A stretch of 57,172 nt of DNA from Lentisphaeria bacterium (GCA_041690595.1 JAWLHB010000050.1:1-57172), one strand, 5' to 3'; positions 42,359-51,756 are shown, counted from the stretch's first letter. The notes: generated by a model not told the origin, from the sequence alone. Numbers and translations: made by a program.

Positions 42359-43792
42359 TCAATCGGCCACGTTTTCGCCAAAAAGCTCCAGGACAGTCCG
42401 TTCGGCATTGGCCACGCAGCCGGGGATCCCGATGCCGCGATACGCGCTTCCGGTAAGGTGTAGGCCCGGCACCTCCGCGGCCAGCGCTTCCATGCGCGCC
42501 ACCCGCTCCAGATGCCCCACATCGTACTGCGGATTGCCGCGCGGCCAGCGATAGATGCGGACAACATCCGGTTCCCCCCGTATCCCCAGGATATCACGCA
42601 GCTCCCCCCGCACCGCCTGCAGCATCTCCGCATCATTCAGCTCCGCGATCTCTTCCTGTGCATACCCACCCACAAAGAAGCGCAGCAGCAGCTTCTCCTC
42701 CGGTGCGCGATGGGGAAACTTGTTGCTGTTGATGGTGCATGCCATCACCTGGTGGTCTTCCTTATTCGCCACGATAAAGCCCAGCCCATCCAGATGATGC
42801 GCATCCTGCAACTGCTCGCGCCTGAAGGCAAGCGAGACCGTCGCCGTCGAAATGTAACGAATCGTCCCCAGCAGCTCGCTCAACCGCGGCAGGAATGGCT
42901 CCACCAGCTCCGCCGTGTTGAAGGCAGGAAGCGCCAGCACCACCGCGTCGGCTCGCAACGGCTCTCCCTGCGATACCTCCACGTCAAAGCCCCCAGCCTG
43001 CCCAAGCGGGGACAGACGCGTCACCCTGACTCCCGGCCGCAGATCCCCCCCAAGCTGCTTCTCCAGCGCATCTACCAACTGCGCGAGCCCGCCGCGCAAG
43101 GTGAGAAAGGGCGACGGCGGCGGTGCGCCCGGTTTGGTTCCCGCGGCCGCGGCACGCGCCAGGCGCTGTCGGCGCATCTCGCGCACCGCCTTGATGAGGC
43201 TGCCGTGCTTCTGTTCCATGTCCAGAAAGTGTGGAAACGCCCCCTCCATGCTCAGCTTCTCGGGATCTGCCACGAAAATCCCCGCCATCAACGGACCCGC
43301 GATCCGATCGAGCACCTCCTGCCCCACCCGGCGCCGAATGAAGTCAGCCAGACTCTCGTCATGACGCTCCGCGGGCGCCGCAATAAAGGGCTCCATCGCC
43401 ATCCGCAGCTTCCCCGTGAGCGAAAAAAGCGGACTGCGCGCAAAGGCCACCAGATTGCCTGGAACCGCAAGGTAGAATCCCGGCGGCATCGCCCGCAGCT
43501 TCCCCCGGTAGAGCACGTAAACAGGACGATGGTTCAGCCCGGTCAGCTGATCCCCCAGCCCAAGATCGCGACAGAGCTGCGTGCCAGCCGGCTTCTGCGT
43601 CACAAATGAGTCGGGCCCCCCTTCGATGATCAGGTCATCGACACGCTCCGTAACGATTTTGCCTCCCAGCCGCGGAGAGGCCTCCAGAAGCGTGTAGCGC
43701 CAGGCCTGCCCGCGCGCCTTCGCCTGCTTTTCCAGATGCCAGGCAGTCGCCAGGCCGGCAATTCCTCCTCCCACGATCACCGCATGCTTCAT
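42359..43792 (-). CDS. hemY: Protoporphyrinogen/coproporphyrinogen oxidase (HemY type)
   Basis: IVGGGIAGL FAD motif, EGGPDSF, PQYDVGH and GIGIPGCV. Confidence 0.93.
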   Translation of the reverse strand: MKHAVIVGGGIAGLATAWHLEKQAKARGQAWRYTLLEASPRLGGKIVTERVDDLIIEGGPDSFVTQKPAGTQLCRDLGLGDQLTGLNHRPVYVLYRGKLRAMPPGFYLAVPGNLVAFARSPLFSLTGKLRMAMEPFIAAPAERHDESLADFIRRRVGQEVLDRIAGPLMAGIFVADPEKLSMEGAFPHFLDMEQKHGSLIKAVREMRRQRLARAAAAGTKPGAPPPSPFLTLRGGLAQLVDALEKQLGGDLRPGVRVTRLSPLGQAGGFDVEVSQGEPLRADAVVLALPAFNTAELVEPFLPRLSELLGTIRYISTATVSLAFRREQLQDAHHLDGLGFIVANKEDHQVMACTINSNKFPHRAPEEKLLLRFFVGGYAQEEIAELNDAEMLQAVRGELRDILGIRGEPDVVRIYRWPRGNPQYDVGHLERVARMEALAAEVPGLHLTGSAYRGIGIPGCVANAERTVLELFGENVAD

Positions 43793-43795
43793 ACC

Positions 43796-44722
43796 TCAAT
43801 CTCCTTCAACCGCGAGCAACGCATCGGCGATGGCCCTCAGGAACAAGGGCCGCGTATTCATCATCGGCACCCGCTCGAAGGCGACTCCATGCGATTCAGC
43901 CAACGCACGCGTCTCAATATCCAGATCGTAGAGGACTTCCAGGTGGTCGCACACAAAGCCGATCGGCATGGAGACCAGCTGCCGGACACCCTCTGCCGCC
44001 AGCCGTGGCACCACCTCCTTGATGTCCGGCCCCAGCCATTCACCGCCGGAAGCCCCCGCGCTCTGCCACGCAAAGCTCCATTCGATCCCCCCCACGGCCT
44101 CGGCGATAGCGGCCGCATTGGCCAGCAATTCCTCCTCGTAGGGATCGTCCTCGCGCATCCGCTGGCGGGGAAGGCTGTGCGCACTGAAAATCACCTGCCG
44201 GCGCTCGTCCGCCGACGTACGACTCAGACTCTCCCGCAGCGCCTCCGCCTGGCCCTGGATCAGCGCCGGTTGCCGCGACCAGCCATCTACCCAGCGCACC
44301 TCCAGAACCCCATCGAGCTGGCTCAACCCTTCGCCGACGGCCCGCACATAAAGGTCAAAGGTGAGAAAGCAGCGATGCGGCGCCAGGATCAGCGCAATCG
44401 CCTCCTCCACCCCATCCTGGCGCATCTGTTCCAGCGCCGTCGCAATCCGGGGCTGCCAGTGCCGCATGCCCACATAGACCGGCCACTCCCGCCCGCGTCG
44501 CGCCAGTTCATCCGCTGTACCCGCGGCCTGCGCCTGCGTCAACCCGGTGAGCGGCGAACGGCCGCCAATTGCTTCATAGCGGTGCCGAAGCTCCTCGAGC
44601 AGAGCCTGATCGAAGGGGCGGCCGCGGCGCACATCCAGCAAGTACTCCGGCAGATCCTCCGGCGAATCCGGCGTCCCGTAGGCCAGCAGCAAGACCCCAC
44701 GCTTTCGGTTCGGCTGGCTCAT
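43796..44722 (-). CDS. hemH: Ferrochelatase
   Basis: LLLAYGTP, IGGRSPL, GMRHW, FSAHSLP, WLGP and GFVCDHLEVLYDLD. Start MSQPNRK overlaps the hemE stop. Confidence 0.93.
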   Translation of the reverse strand: MSQPNRKRGVLLLAYGTPDSPEDLPEYLLDVRRGRPFDQALLEELRHRYEAIGGRSPLTGLTQAQAAGTADELARRGREWPVYVGMRHWQPRIATALEQMRQDGVEEAIALILAPHRCFLTFDLYVRAVGEGLSQLDGVLEVRWVDGWSRQPALIQGQAEALRESLSRTSADERRQVIFSAHSLPRQRMREDDPYEEELLANAAAIAEAVGGIEWSFAWQSAGASGGEWLGPDIKEVVPRLAAEGVRQLVSMPIGFVCDHLEVLYDLDIETRALAESHGVAFERVPMMNTRPLFLRAIADALLAVEGD

Positions 44723-45780
44723 GCCTCCTCCGTCGCTGACGGCGCGCCCGCATAGCGATGCACGAAATCGACGAGTACCTGCGCATGCTCCGGCGGCGTT
44801 TCCTTGTAGATCCCATGGCCCAGATTGAAGATGTGCCCCGTCCGCCCGCGGACGCCGTCCAGCACCCGCGCGGCCTGACGCTCGATCACCGCCGGCGTCG
44901 CCAGCAGCACCTGCGGGTCCAGATTCCCCTGTACCGCCACCGCTCCCACCTGCGACCACGCGACACTTAGATCGATCCGCCAGTCGACGCCGATCACGTC
45001 CGCGCCAAGCTCGCCGATCAGCGGCAGGATCCCCGCCGTATCCGTCCCGAAATAGATGATCGGCACCTGCTGCCCACCCCCATTTCGCGCGATATTGATC
45101 GCTCGCCGCGTATGCGGCAACACGTATTCCCGATAGTCGCAGGGGCTGAGAATGCCCGCCCACGAGTCGAAAATCTGCAGCGCCTGCGCTCCCGCCTCCA
45201 CCTGCGCTCGCAGGTAATCGCCCACCGCCTTGGCCAGCTTGTCCATCAACTGGTACCACGCTTTGGGCTCCGTGTGCATGAAGCGCTTCGCCTTCTTGTA
45301 ATCCTTCGATCCGCCGCCCTCGATTGCATAGCTGGCCAGCGTAAAAGGCGCCCCGGAAAAGCCGATTACCGGCACCGTGCCATTCAGTTCCCGCCGCACC
45401 ATGCGCAAGGTATCCAGTGTAAAGGAAAGAGTCTCCACGGGATCCGGTGCCGCCAGCGCCCCTACATCCGCCGGCGAATCGATCGGATGCGGAATGCTAG
45501 GTCCATCCCCCTTCACGAAGAGAACCTCCAGCCCCATCGCACCCAGCAGAGGCAGAATGTCCGCAAAGACGATGGCCGCATCCAGCTCGAATCGCCGAAT
45601 CGGCTGAATCGTCACTTCCGTCGCCAACTCCGGCGTCTTCACCATCGTCAGAAAATCATGTTTCTCCCGCAAGGCGCGGTATTCCGGCAGATAACGCCCC
45701 GCCTGCCGCATCATCCAAACAGGCGTGGTATCCACCACTTCACGACGGCAGGCTTTCAAAAATCGATCAGCTCTGGACAC
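44719..45780 (-). CDS. hemE: Uroporphyrinogen decarboxylase
   Basis: PVWMMRQAGRYLPEYR, GFSGAPFTLASY, QIFDSW, VQGNLDP and HIFNLGHGI. Probable GTG start at 45780 after GGAG; the longer listed ORF runs into the repeat array. Confidence 0.95.
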   Translation of the reverse strand: MSRADRFLKACRREVVDTTPVWMMRQAGRYLPEYRALREKHDFLTMVKTPELATEVTIQPIRRFELDAAIVFADILPLLGAMGLEVLFVKGDGPSIPHPIDSPADVGALAAPDPVETLSFTLDTLRMVRRELNGTVPVIGFSGAPFTLASYAIEGGGSKDYKKAKRFMHTEPKAWYQLMDKLAKAVGDYLRAQVEAGAQALQIFDSWAGILSPCDYREYVLPHTRRAINIARNGGGQQVPIIYFGTDTAGILPLIGELGADVIGVDWRIDLSVAWSQVGAVAVQGNLDPQVLLATPAVIERQAARVLDGVRGRTGHIFNLGHGIYKETPPEHAQVLVDFVHRYAGAPSATEEA

Positions 45781-46003
45781 GGTGACTCTCCGGTTGCGGA
45801 TGCGGCTCGTAACGCTGTGAAAGAGGCCCAAAACATAGCTTCTGCAAGACACTTTTGCGACCCCAAGCCAGAAAAAACCGACCAGCCTGCCCTCTTGCCG
45901 CTCGTGTCGCAATATGGCAAGTGATACCGGCTCCAGCCGTCCCGAACCGCGCGCCCCAGGAAAATCGCGGTCCATTCCTCGTTTCTCGGAACGTTCGGCC
46001 CCT

Positions 46004-46558
46004 GAAAACATCGGTCGAAAGGTCGGTACCCCCCGTGAACGCCACTCGCCTGAGTGGCTCCTCGTACCTGCAGACCGAAAACATCGGTCGAAAGGTCGGT
46101 ACCAAAGCGCTTCCCTCCCTGGGAACGCCTGTGCGTGTAGACCCGAAAACATCGGTCGAAAGGTCGGTACCAGAGCGCCTCCCGCCCTGGGAACGCCACT
46201 CGCCCTGAGTGCCTCCTCGTGCGCGCAGACCCGAAAACATCGGTCGAAAGGTCGGTACCAAAGCGCTTCCCGCCCTGGGAACGACTGTGCGTGCAGACCG
46301 AAAACATCGGTCGAAAGGTCGGTACCAAAGCGCTTCCCGCCCTGGGAACGACTGTGCGTGCAGACCGAAAACATCGGTCGAAAGGTCGGTACCAAAGCGC
46401 TTCCCGCCCTGGGAACGCCTGTGCGTGCAGACCGAAAACATCGGTCGAAAGGTCGGTACCAAAGTGCTTCCCTCCCTGCGAACGCCACTCGCCTGAGTGC
46501 CTCCTCGTGCGCGCAGACCGAAAACATCGGTCCAAAACCATGGACCAAAGGTCGGTCC
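46004..46558. repeat. Structured tandem repeat array, 8 units (67-88 bp period) with invariant core GAAAACATCGGTCGAAAGGTCGGTACC
   Basis: Cores start at 46004, 46077, 46145, 46233, 46300, 46367, 46434 and 46520 (the last is degenerate). The linkers are related to each other, not unique. Confidence 0.95.
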
Positions 46559-46652
46559 ACGGAACGTCCGCCCCCCGAAGGATTGCCCCCATCCTGTCCA
46601 TGTCATACCGACCCCACTTCCTAAGAAAAAAACATACGAAAAAATTCCGTCT

Positions 46653-46680
46653 AATATATCCCCTATAACCCAAACGTCAA
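46653..46680 (-). promoter_or_regulatory. Candidate sigma-70 promoter facing the repeat array and the hem operon
   Basis: Minus strand TTGACG (46680-46675), 16-nt spacer, TATATT (46658-46653), inside an AT-rich patch at about 46620-46700. Confidence 0.5.
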
Positions 46681-46827
46681 GCCATATTCAGTAAATTTTC
46701 GGCACTCTCTCCTTGGCCTTCGCCTTCGCCCTCGCCTCCCTCGCGCCCCATTCCATGCTTCCCCTTCTTCCCATTCCTGCCGCCCGCCGATCCTCCCCTT
46801 AATCCGCGTCCCCCTGTCCCCCATACC

Positions 46828-46866
46828 TTGTCGGGATCTGGAGATCGGATCTCCAGATCCCGACAA
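46828..46866. repeat. Perfect 19-bp inverted repeat (REP-like palindrome)
   Basis: TTGTCGGGATCTGGAGATC-G-GATCTCCAGATCCCGACAA. Confidence 0.9.
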
Positions 46867-46933
46867 AGAGCAATGAGGGGTCTGGGGAGGTGCGCCTCCC
46901 CAGCGGGGTCCGGGGCAGCGCCCCGCCGATCGT
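46863..46933. repeat. 71-bp double-hairpin dispersed repeat, copy 1
   Basis: Matches 52474-52544 except for one base; hairpins CTGGGGAGG-TGCG-CCTCCCCAG and CGGGGC-AGC-GCCCCG. Confidence 0.9.
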
Positions 46934-46968
46934 CCTCGCGTCCCCGCGTCGCCGCGTCTGCGCCTTTC

Positions 46969-47940
46969 CTACCCCCACAAATCGGTGCTCAGGTACTTGA
47001 GTCCCGAGTCGCAGATCAGGATCGCGATTGTCCCTCCCGCGCAGGGCCCCCGCAGCAACTGCAGCGCCGCCATCAGGTTCGCCCCGGAGCTGAAACCGCC
47101 GAAGATCCCCTCTTCCGCCGCCAGCCGCCGTGCGCCCGCGATAGCATCCGCGTCACTCACGCGCAGAAAGCCGTCGACATGCTCCCGATCCACCAACGGC
47201 AGCTCCTCGAAAGCCATGGAATAACCGCCGCCCTGGATCCGGTGATTGGGATCCTGCACTGCTCCTTCCGAGAGGATAGCCGCCCTCGCCGGCTCGACAA
47301 CATAACAGCGGATCGCCGGATTCTGCTCCTTGAATGCCGCCGCGCATCCCGCGAAAGATCCACCCGTACCCGCAAAGTCGCAGAACCCCGTAATGCATCC
47401 CCCACTCTGCTCCAGGATCTCCCGCCCCGTCCCCAGATAGTGGGAATTGTAGTTGCCGCGGAGCGTGAACTGGTTGGCCCGGAAGCCCTTTCGCTCCGTC
47501 ACCAGCCGTTGCGCAACCTTCTCCACCTCCGCCAGATCGCCGCCGGATACCTGTCCCGGCGTCGACTCGGCCAATTGATCCACCAGGATCACTTCCGCCC
47601 CCAGCGCCGCCATCATCCGCGCCCGCTCCCGCGAATTGCCTTTCGACATCACCGCCACAAAGGGATACCCCTTGATCGCGCAGACGATCGCCAGCCCCGT
47701 CCCTGTGTTCCCGCTGGTCAACTCCACCACCGTCTGTCCCGGCGTCAGCGCACCATCCGCTTCTGCCTCCTCGACCATCTGCAGCGCGATGCGATCCTTC
47801 TTCGAGAAGCCGGGATTGAGGTACTCCAGCTTCGCCAGTATCCGCCCATCCACGCCCTGCGTGATGCGCGCCAACTCCACCAGCGGCGTGTTGCCGATCA
47901 CCTCCAACGCGGAGTTCAGGATTCCTCGCTCTCTACTCAT
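46969..47940 (-). CDS. PLP-dependent cysteine synthase-family protein
   Basis: IGNTPLV, KLEYLNPGFSKKDR, TSGNTG, GTGG, HRIQGGG, GFSSGAN and DSGLKYLS; start MSRERG after GAGGG. Confidence 0.9.
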   Translation of the reverse strand: MSRERGILNSALEVIGNTPLVELARITQGVDGRILAKLEYLNPGFSKKDRIALQMVEEAEADGALTPGQTVVELTSGNTGTGLAIVCAIKGYPFVAVMSKGNSRERARMMAALGAEVILVDQLAESTPGQVSGGDLAEVEKVAQRLVTERKGFRANQFTLRGNYNSHYLGTGREILEQSGGCITGFCDFAGTGGSFAGCAAAFKEQNPAIRCYVVEPARAAILSEGAVQDPNHRIQGGGYSMAFEELPLVDREHVDGFLRVSDADAIAGARRLAAEEGIFGGFSSGANLMAALQLLRGPCAGGTIAILICDSGLKYLSTDLWG

Positions 47941-47972
47941 GCCACCCTCTCGAATCAAAGTTTCTTTTCGCC

Positions 47973-49205
47973 TCAATCGCTCAGCCCACTCGTCAACTGC
48001 ATCATCTTCACGCTGCAACTGGCGGCATTGACGCACCCTTCACCGCGATTGCCTTCCGTGTACAGCATCAGCAATGGCTCATCCGGCACTCCGCATGGCC
48101 GCATTTCAACCGATGGCAGCCAAGCGGCCTGGTCGGCGCGCTCCTTGGGAACCAGGTAACGGCGCGTTATCGATTCACTCGACGGATCCAGCCACAGGCA
48201 TCGTACGTGCTGCCCCGGATGCGCCCACTCCAGCTCCGGCGCGATCGTCGTCACAATGATCAGCTGGCCGCCCCTGTCAACCCCCAGCCGCCCCTGCGAA
48301 TTCACCTTCCACCCCGGATGATCGACAACCGCTTCATCCGTAAGCTCGATCGGCAGCCAACTGCCCGGCACCGACTGCACATAGAGCACCAGTCCCCCGT
48401 TGCGCGCGTTCCACACGCAGACGGCCTTCCGCCCATCCGGCAGGATTACAAGGTTGGCCGGGCGGAGATCCCCAGCAGGCTCGTGCGCAATCAGCAGCGC
48501 ATCTTCGATCCCCATGGGCACCACACTCACCGGCCGCTCGTCATCGTGAAACCAGGTCGTTCCGCCATCGGGGCTGTACAGATGCGTCAAGCCCACGCTC
48601 TTCGCCGCCTCGGCATTCCCCGGATACGTCTTGTAGAACTCGATGACCAGATGCACCGTCCCATGCGCGCCAAGCGTCAGGCAGTTGGTCGGAAAAATAT
48701 ACCCCTCCGCCGCCGCATGCATCACCTTCAGCGGCCAGCTCCAGACTCCATCCGGCGACTGCCGGTGAAGAATCACCCCCCAGCGGCCGCCATACACGCT
48801 CGCCCGCTGCGCCAGCAACAGCCCCCCGTCAGGGAGCGCCAACAGGCTCGGATACGTCGCCCCCACGCCAATGCTGTACGGCAGCGACCAGCTCTGCTCA
48901 TCCGCGGGTGTAGCCGAATGTCGGCAGACAAAGCCGCCCGTGCAATGCGACCCCGTCACCACGTGAAGCCGGTTGTCCATGCTTACCGCCAGCGCCGCGC
49001 TGCAGTGGTTGTCATGCCCCTGCGCCAGCGCGAAGGCCGTGATCACCTCACCCGTCGACGGCTCGACCCGCGCCAGCATCGTCCGATACTGGCTATCCAG
49101 CCACGTTACAAAGACTCCGTCGCGGTGACGGATCACCTTGTTCGACATGTGATAGGCAGTCGCCCGATCACAGCCATCCCTCGTCAGCACCCATGGTGTC
49201 GCCAT
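47973..49205 (-). CDS. BNR-repeat (BNR_4-like) beta-propeller protein
   Basis: HDNHC...RLHV, ATYPSL and the Asp-box SPDGGTTW. Confidence 0.75.
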   Translation of the reverse strand: MATPWVLTRDGCDRATAYHMSNKVIRHRDGVFVTWLDSQYRTMLARVEPSTGEVITAFALAQGHDNHCSAALAVSMDNRLHVVTGSHCTGGFVCRHSATPADEQSWSLPYSIGVGATYPSLLALPDGGLLLAQRASVYGGRWGVILHRQSPDGVWSWPLKVMHAAAEGYIFPTNCLTLGAHGTVHLVIEFYKTYPGNAEAAKSVGLTHLYSPDGGTTWFHDDERPVSVVPMGIEDALLIAHEPAGDLRPANLVILPDGRKAVCVWNARNGGLVLYVQSVPGSWLPIELTDEAVVDHPGWKVNSQGRLGVDRGGQLIIVTTIAPELEWAHPGQHVRCLWLDPSSESITRRYLVPKERADQAAWLPSVEMRPCGVPDEPLLMLYTEGNRGEGCVNAASCSVKMMQLTSGLSD

Positions 49206-49217
49206 CCGGGCTGCTCC

Positions 49218-51521
49218 TCAGCGTTCGATGAAGTTAAACGGCCCGAAGGCGTTCTGATTATGGCTGGGCGCCCCGCCGGCAACATTGTACCCTTGGTATT
49301 CGCGGTTCTTGCGATCCGTCACCCGGTGGCGCGTGAAATTACCATGCCAGGTCGTCCCCGTGCCCGGCAGCCGCGGCTTGTCGAAGCTGTCGTACGGTAC
49401 AAAAAGCTCAATCGACCAGAAACCATCCCCGAGGTGCCCCGCCGCCTTCACCCCCGGCGGATTCCAGCCCGTATTCTCGCGCCCGATGCTGTCCCAGATC
49501 GCGCCATTCGGATTCACGATGAACTGGTAGTAGCCCCCGCGCTCCCCTGTCGGATCGATGAAGATCTCCACATTGTCGTTCCACCAGATCAACGACGCAT
49601 CCCTGCTCTCCGCCGCGATGTCGTGCTTCAGCTTCTCCATCTCCGGCTCCGTCAGCCGGAAGCCGAAGGTGATCCCACGCCGCGTCCATACCGCCTTCAG
49701 CTCCGACGGAAAGGCCGGCGCCGACCGCTTCTCGTCCGCCTTCACGAAGTGAACCGGCTCAACATCCTGCCAGGCCGCATCATCCAGCTTGCCGTCGATC
49801 ACCGGATCTTCTGCCACCTGGTAGACATTCAGCGGCTTGATCCCTTCGCCATCGGCCAGCATCGCCGACTCCGCGAAGAAGGCGCGCAATGCCGGCTCAT
49901 AATACGCCAGGCGCGCACTCGCTTCCGCATCCCCCGCTGCCTCTTCGATCGCCTGCCCAAGCAGCGCTTCCATCGCCACCACCCGCTCCCGAGGATAGCT
50001 CTGCTCATAGACCGTCTTCGGCGAGAGCACCGGCTGCGTCCACTCAGTCCGCTCCCAGCCGTCGATCTGGTGCTCCACCAGCTTCCGCATGGTGCCGGCC
50101 GCCGGCCCGTACATCCGCCGACAGTACTCGTCGATCACCGCGTCCACATCGATCTCCGGATCCCACAGCACCTTCAGCCAGACATACAGGGAGAGGTGCT
50201 GCCGGCCCCAGTGATCGCCCACGCCGTTGATGAAGGTACCGACCGTCTTCTCGCGGTTCGCCCGATAGTGCGTCTGGGCCGTATAGGGGAAGAGGTATGC
50301 CGCCTTGGTCCGGTTCTCCGGCCAGCAGCTGTAGTGCCAGTTCTGAATCGGTCGCCCCGTCAGCCGAACCCACGCATCGATATTCGCCTGCTCTTCCCGG
50401 TTGATCGTCGCATCCTTGTACATCGCCAGCCCCGGCATCCCGCAGATCTGCACCTCCACATTGTCCGGAAAGTCGATCCCCTCCGGCGCGTACGTATAAT
50501 TCTTGTAGGGCAGATAGATCACCGTCATCTCCGGCCAGCGACTCTTCACCGCGTGCCCCAGCTCCGCCACGAAGATCCCCAGTACCCGGCTGGCGCTGCT
50601 GTAGGCGCTGCCGTCGTGGTTCCAGAGGCGGCGACAATCTTCGCAGCGACAGGATACGGCCATATCCGCCGGTGAAACGGTGATCGCGCTCCCCTTGATG
50701 ACGCTGCGCCCGCGGCTCGGCTCCACCTTCCCCTCAAGCTCCAGCGCGATCTCTTCCAGGTATGTCGCCAGCGTCTTCGCGTTCCCATAGCAGAGCATGC
50801 CATAGTCGCGCTCGCCGTCGCTGCGCAACTGGAAGATCTCCGGTCGGCTCTCCCGGTAGATCGCCTCCCAATTGTGCGGAGCATGCACAATCAGTTGGAT
50901 CGGCCAGGAATTGCCGCAGCGCAGACGCCGATCGTGATCCCCCATCTTCGCCGCACCGATGTTGGGCCCGCCCGATGGCCAGCGCACCCGCATGCGAAAC
51001 GCAGGCTCGTCACTCAGGTGCGCGGGCGCCACCGTCAGCGTCGGCGTCCGCATCAGCGACGTGCCACTCTCACCCGCCTCATTGCGATACTCCGGCCAAT
51101 ACCAGCGCACCCCGACAAAACGCTCCAGAAACTCATAGATCCCCCAAGCCGCTCCATCGGCATCCACTCCCGTAATCGCCACGGTGCCTGGCCCGGTCTT
51201 GATGCTGAAGCTCCCCGGCGGCAAGGCGCCATCTCCCGCGTCGACCCCGATCACGATCGCCGCACCCGTCGCCGGAACACTCTCGGCCCGTGGCAACACT
51301 GCCCCCGTTGTGCGCTCGATATAGTGGATCAAATCGTTCAGCGCTCCCCTCAGCACCGGCGTACTTTCGCACGTTACCACCACCGCCGCCCGACCCTCGC
51401 CGTCCCGCACGAGCACCACCGCTTCATGCTCCGGAGCCGCGTGAAACGTCACCGGATTCAAATCCTCCGCCGCGCGACAGAGTCCCGCTAACAACAGGGC
51501 CGACAAAAGCATCAGGCGCAT
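49218..51521 (-). CDS. Secreted DUF4838-type protein with C-terminal CBM9-like domain
   Basis: Signal peptide, YIERTTGA, GIYEFLERFVGVRWYWP, CRCEDC, then PVIDGKLDDAAW...DNVEIFIDP...YYQFIVNPNG (CBM9-like). Confidence 0.82.
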   Translation of the reverse strand: MRLMLLSALLLAGLCRAAEDLNPVTFHAAPEHEAVVLVRDGEGRAAVVVTCESTPVLRGALNDLIHYIERTTGAVLPRAESVPATGAAIVIGVDAGDGALPPGSFSIKTGPGTVAITGVDADGAAWGIYEFLERFVGVRWYWPEYRNEAGESGTSLMRTPTLTVAPAHLSDEPAFRMRVRWPSGGPNIGAAKMGDHDRRLRCGNSWPIQLIVHAPHNWEAIYRESRPEIFQLRSDGERDYGMLCYGNAKTLATYLEEIALELEGKVEPSRGRSVIKGSAITVSPADMAVSCRCEDCRRLWNHDGSAYSSASRVLGIFVAELGHAVKSRWPEMTVIYLPYKNYTYAPEGIDFPDNVEVQICGMPGLAMYKDATINREEQANIDAWVRLTGRPIQNWHYSCWPENRTKAAYLFPYTAQTHYRANREKTVGTFINGVGDHWGRQHLSLYVWLKVLWDPEIDVDAVIDEYCRRMYGPAAGTMRKLVEHQIDGWERTEWTQPVLSPKTVYEQSYPRERVVAMEALLGQAIEEAAGDAEASARLAYYEPALRAFFAESAMLADGEGIKPLNVYQVAEDPVIDGKLDDAAWQDVEPVHFVKADEKRSAPAFPSELKAVWTRRGITFGFRLTEPEMEKLKHDIAAESRDASLIWWNDNVEIFIDPTGERGGYYQFIVNPNGAIWDSIGRENTGWNPPGVKAAGHLGDGFWSIELFVPYDSFDKPRLPGTGTTWHGNFTRHRVTDRKNREYQGYNVAGGAPSHNQNAFGPFNFIER

Positions 51522-51756
51522 GATTCAACCTCACTTACTCTGGATGATGATTCGTTCCCTTCCACCGGCACTCCGCCAGGCGGGCAACACATGTCTCCAA
51601 TCTATCATTCTGCCACCTCCCATGCAACAGTGTTTCAAGGCATGCCGGCTTTCCGCCAAGGAAAGGCCTGACACTTTTCCAACATGACGTGGTGCAGGTT
51701 GCGAAGCGTGCTACTGTATGCTGCCCCCACGTACATCCTCCTGCTGGAAATGCGTC

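Noticed and set aside
46004..46558. CRISPR array
   Set aside because: The period is CRISPR-like, but the linkers are near-copies of each other (units 4 and 5 are identical) and no cas gene is in the window.
45756..46673. Repeat-encoded ORFs in several frames and a 260-aa N-terminal extension of HemE
   Set aside because: The non-triplet 67-bp unit lacks stops, so the frames cycle through the same peptides. HemE homology and an RBS begin at 45780.
46600..46720. oriC (AT-rich patch plus iterons next to hemE, as in Alphaproteobacteria)
   Set aside because: No TTATCCACA-type DnaA boxes are visible, and the strand skew does not change sign here.
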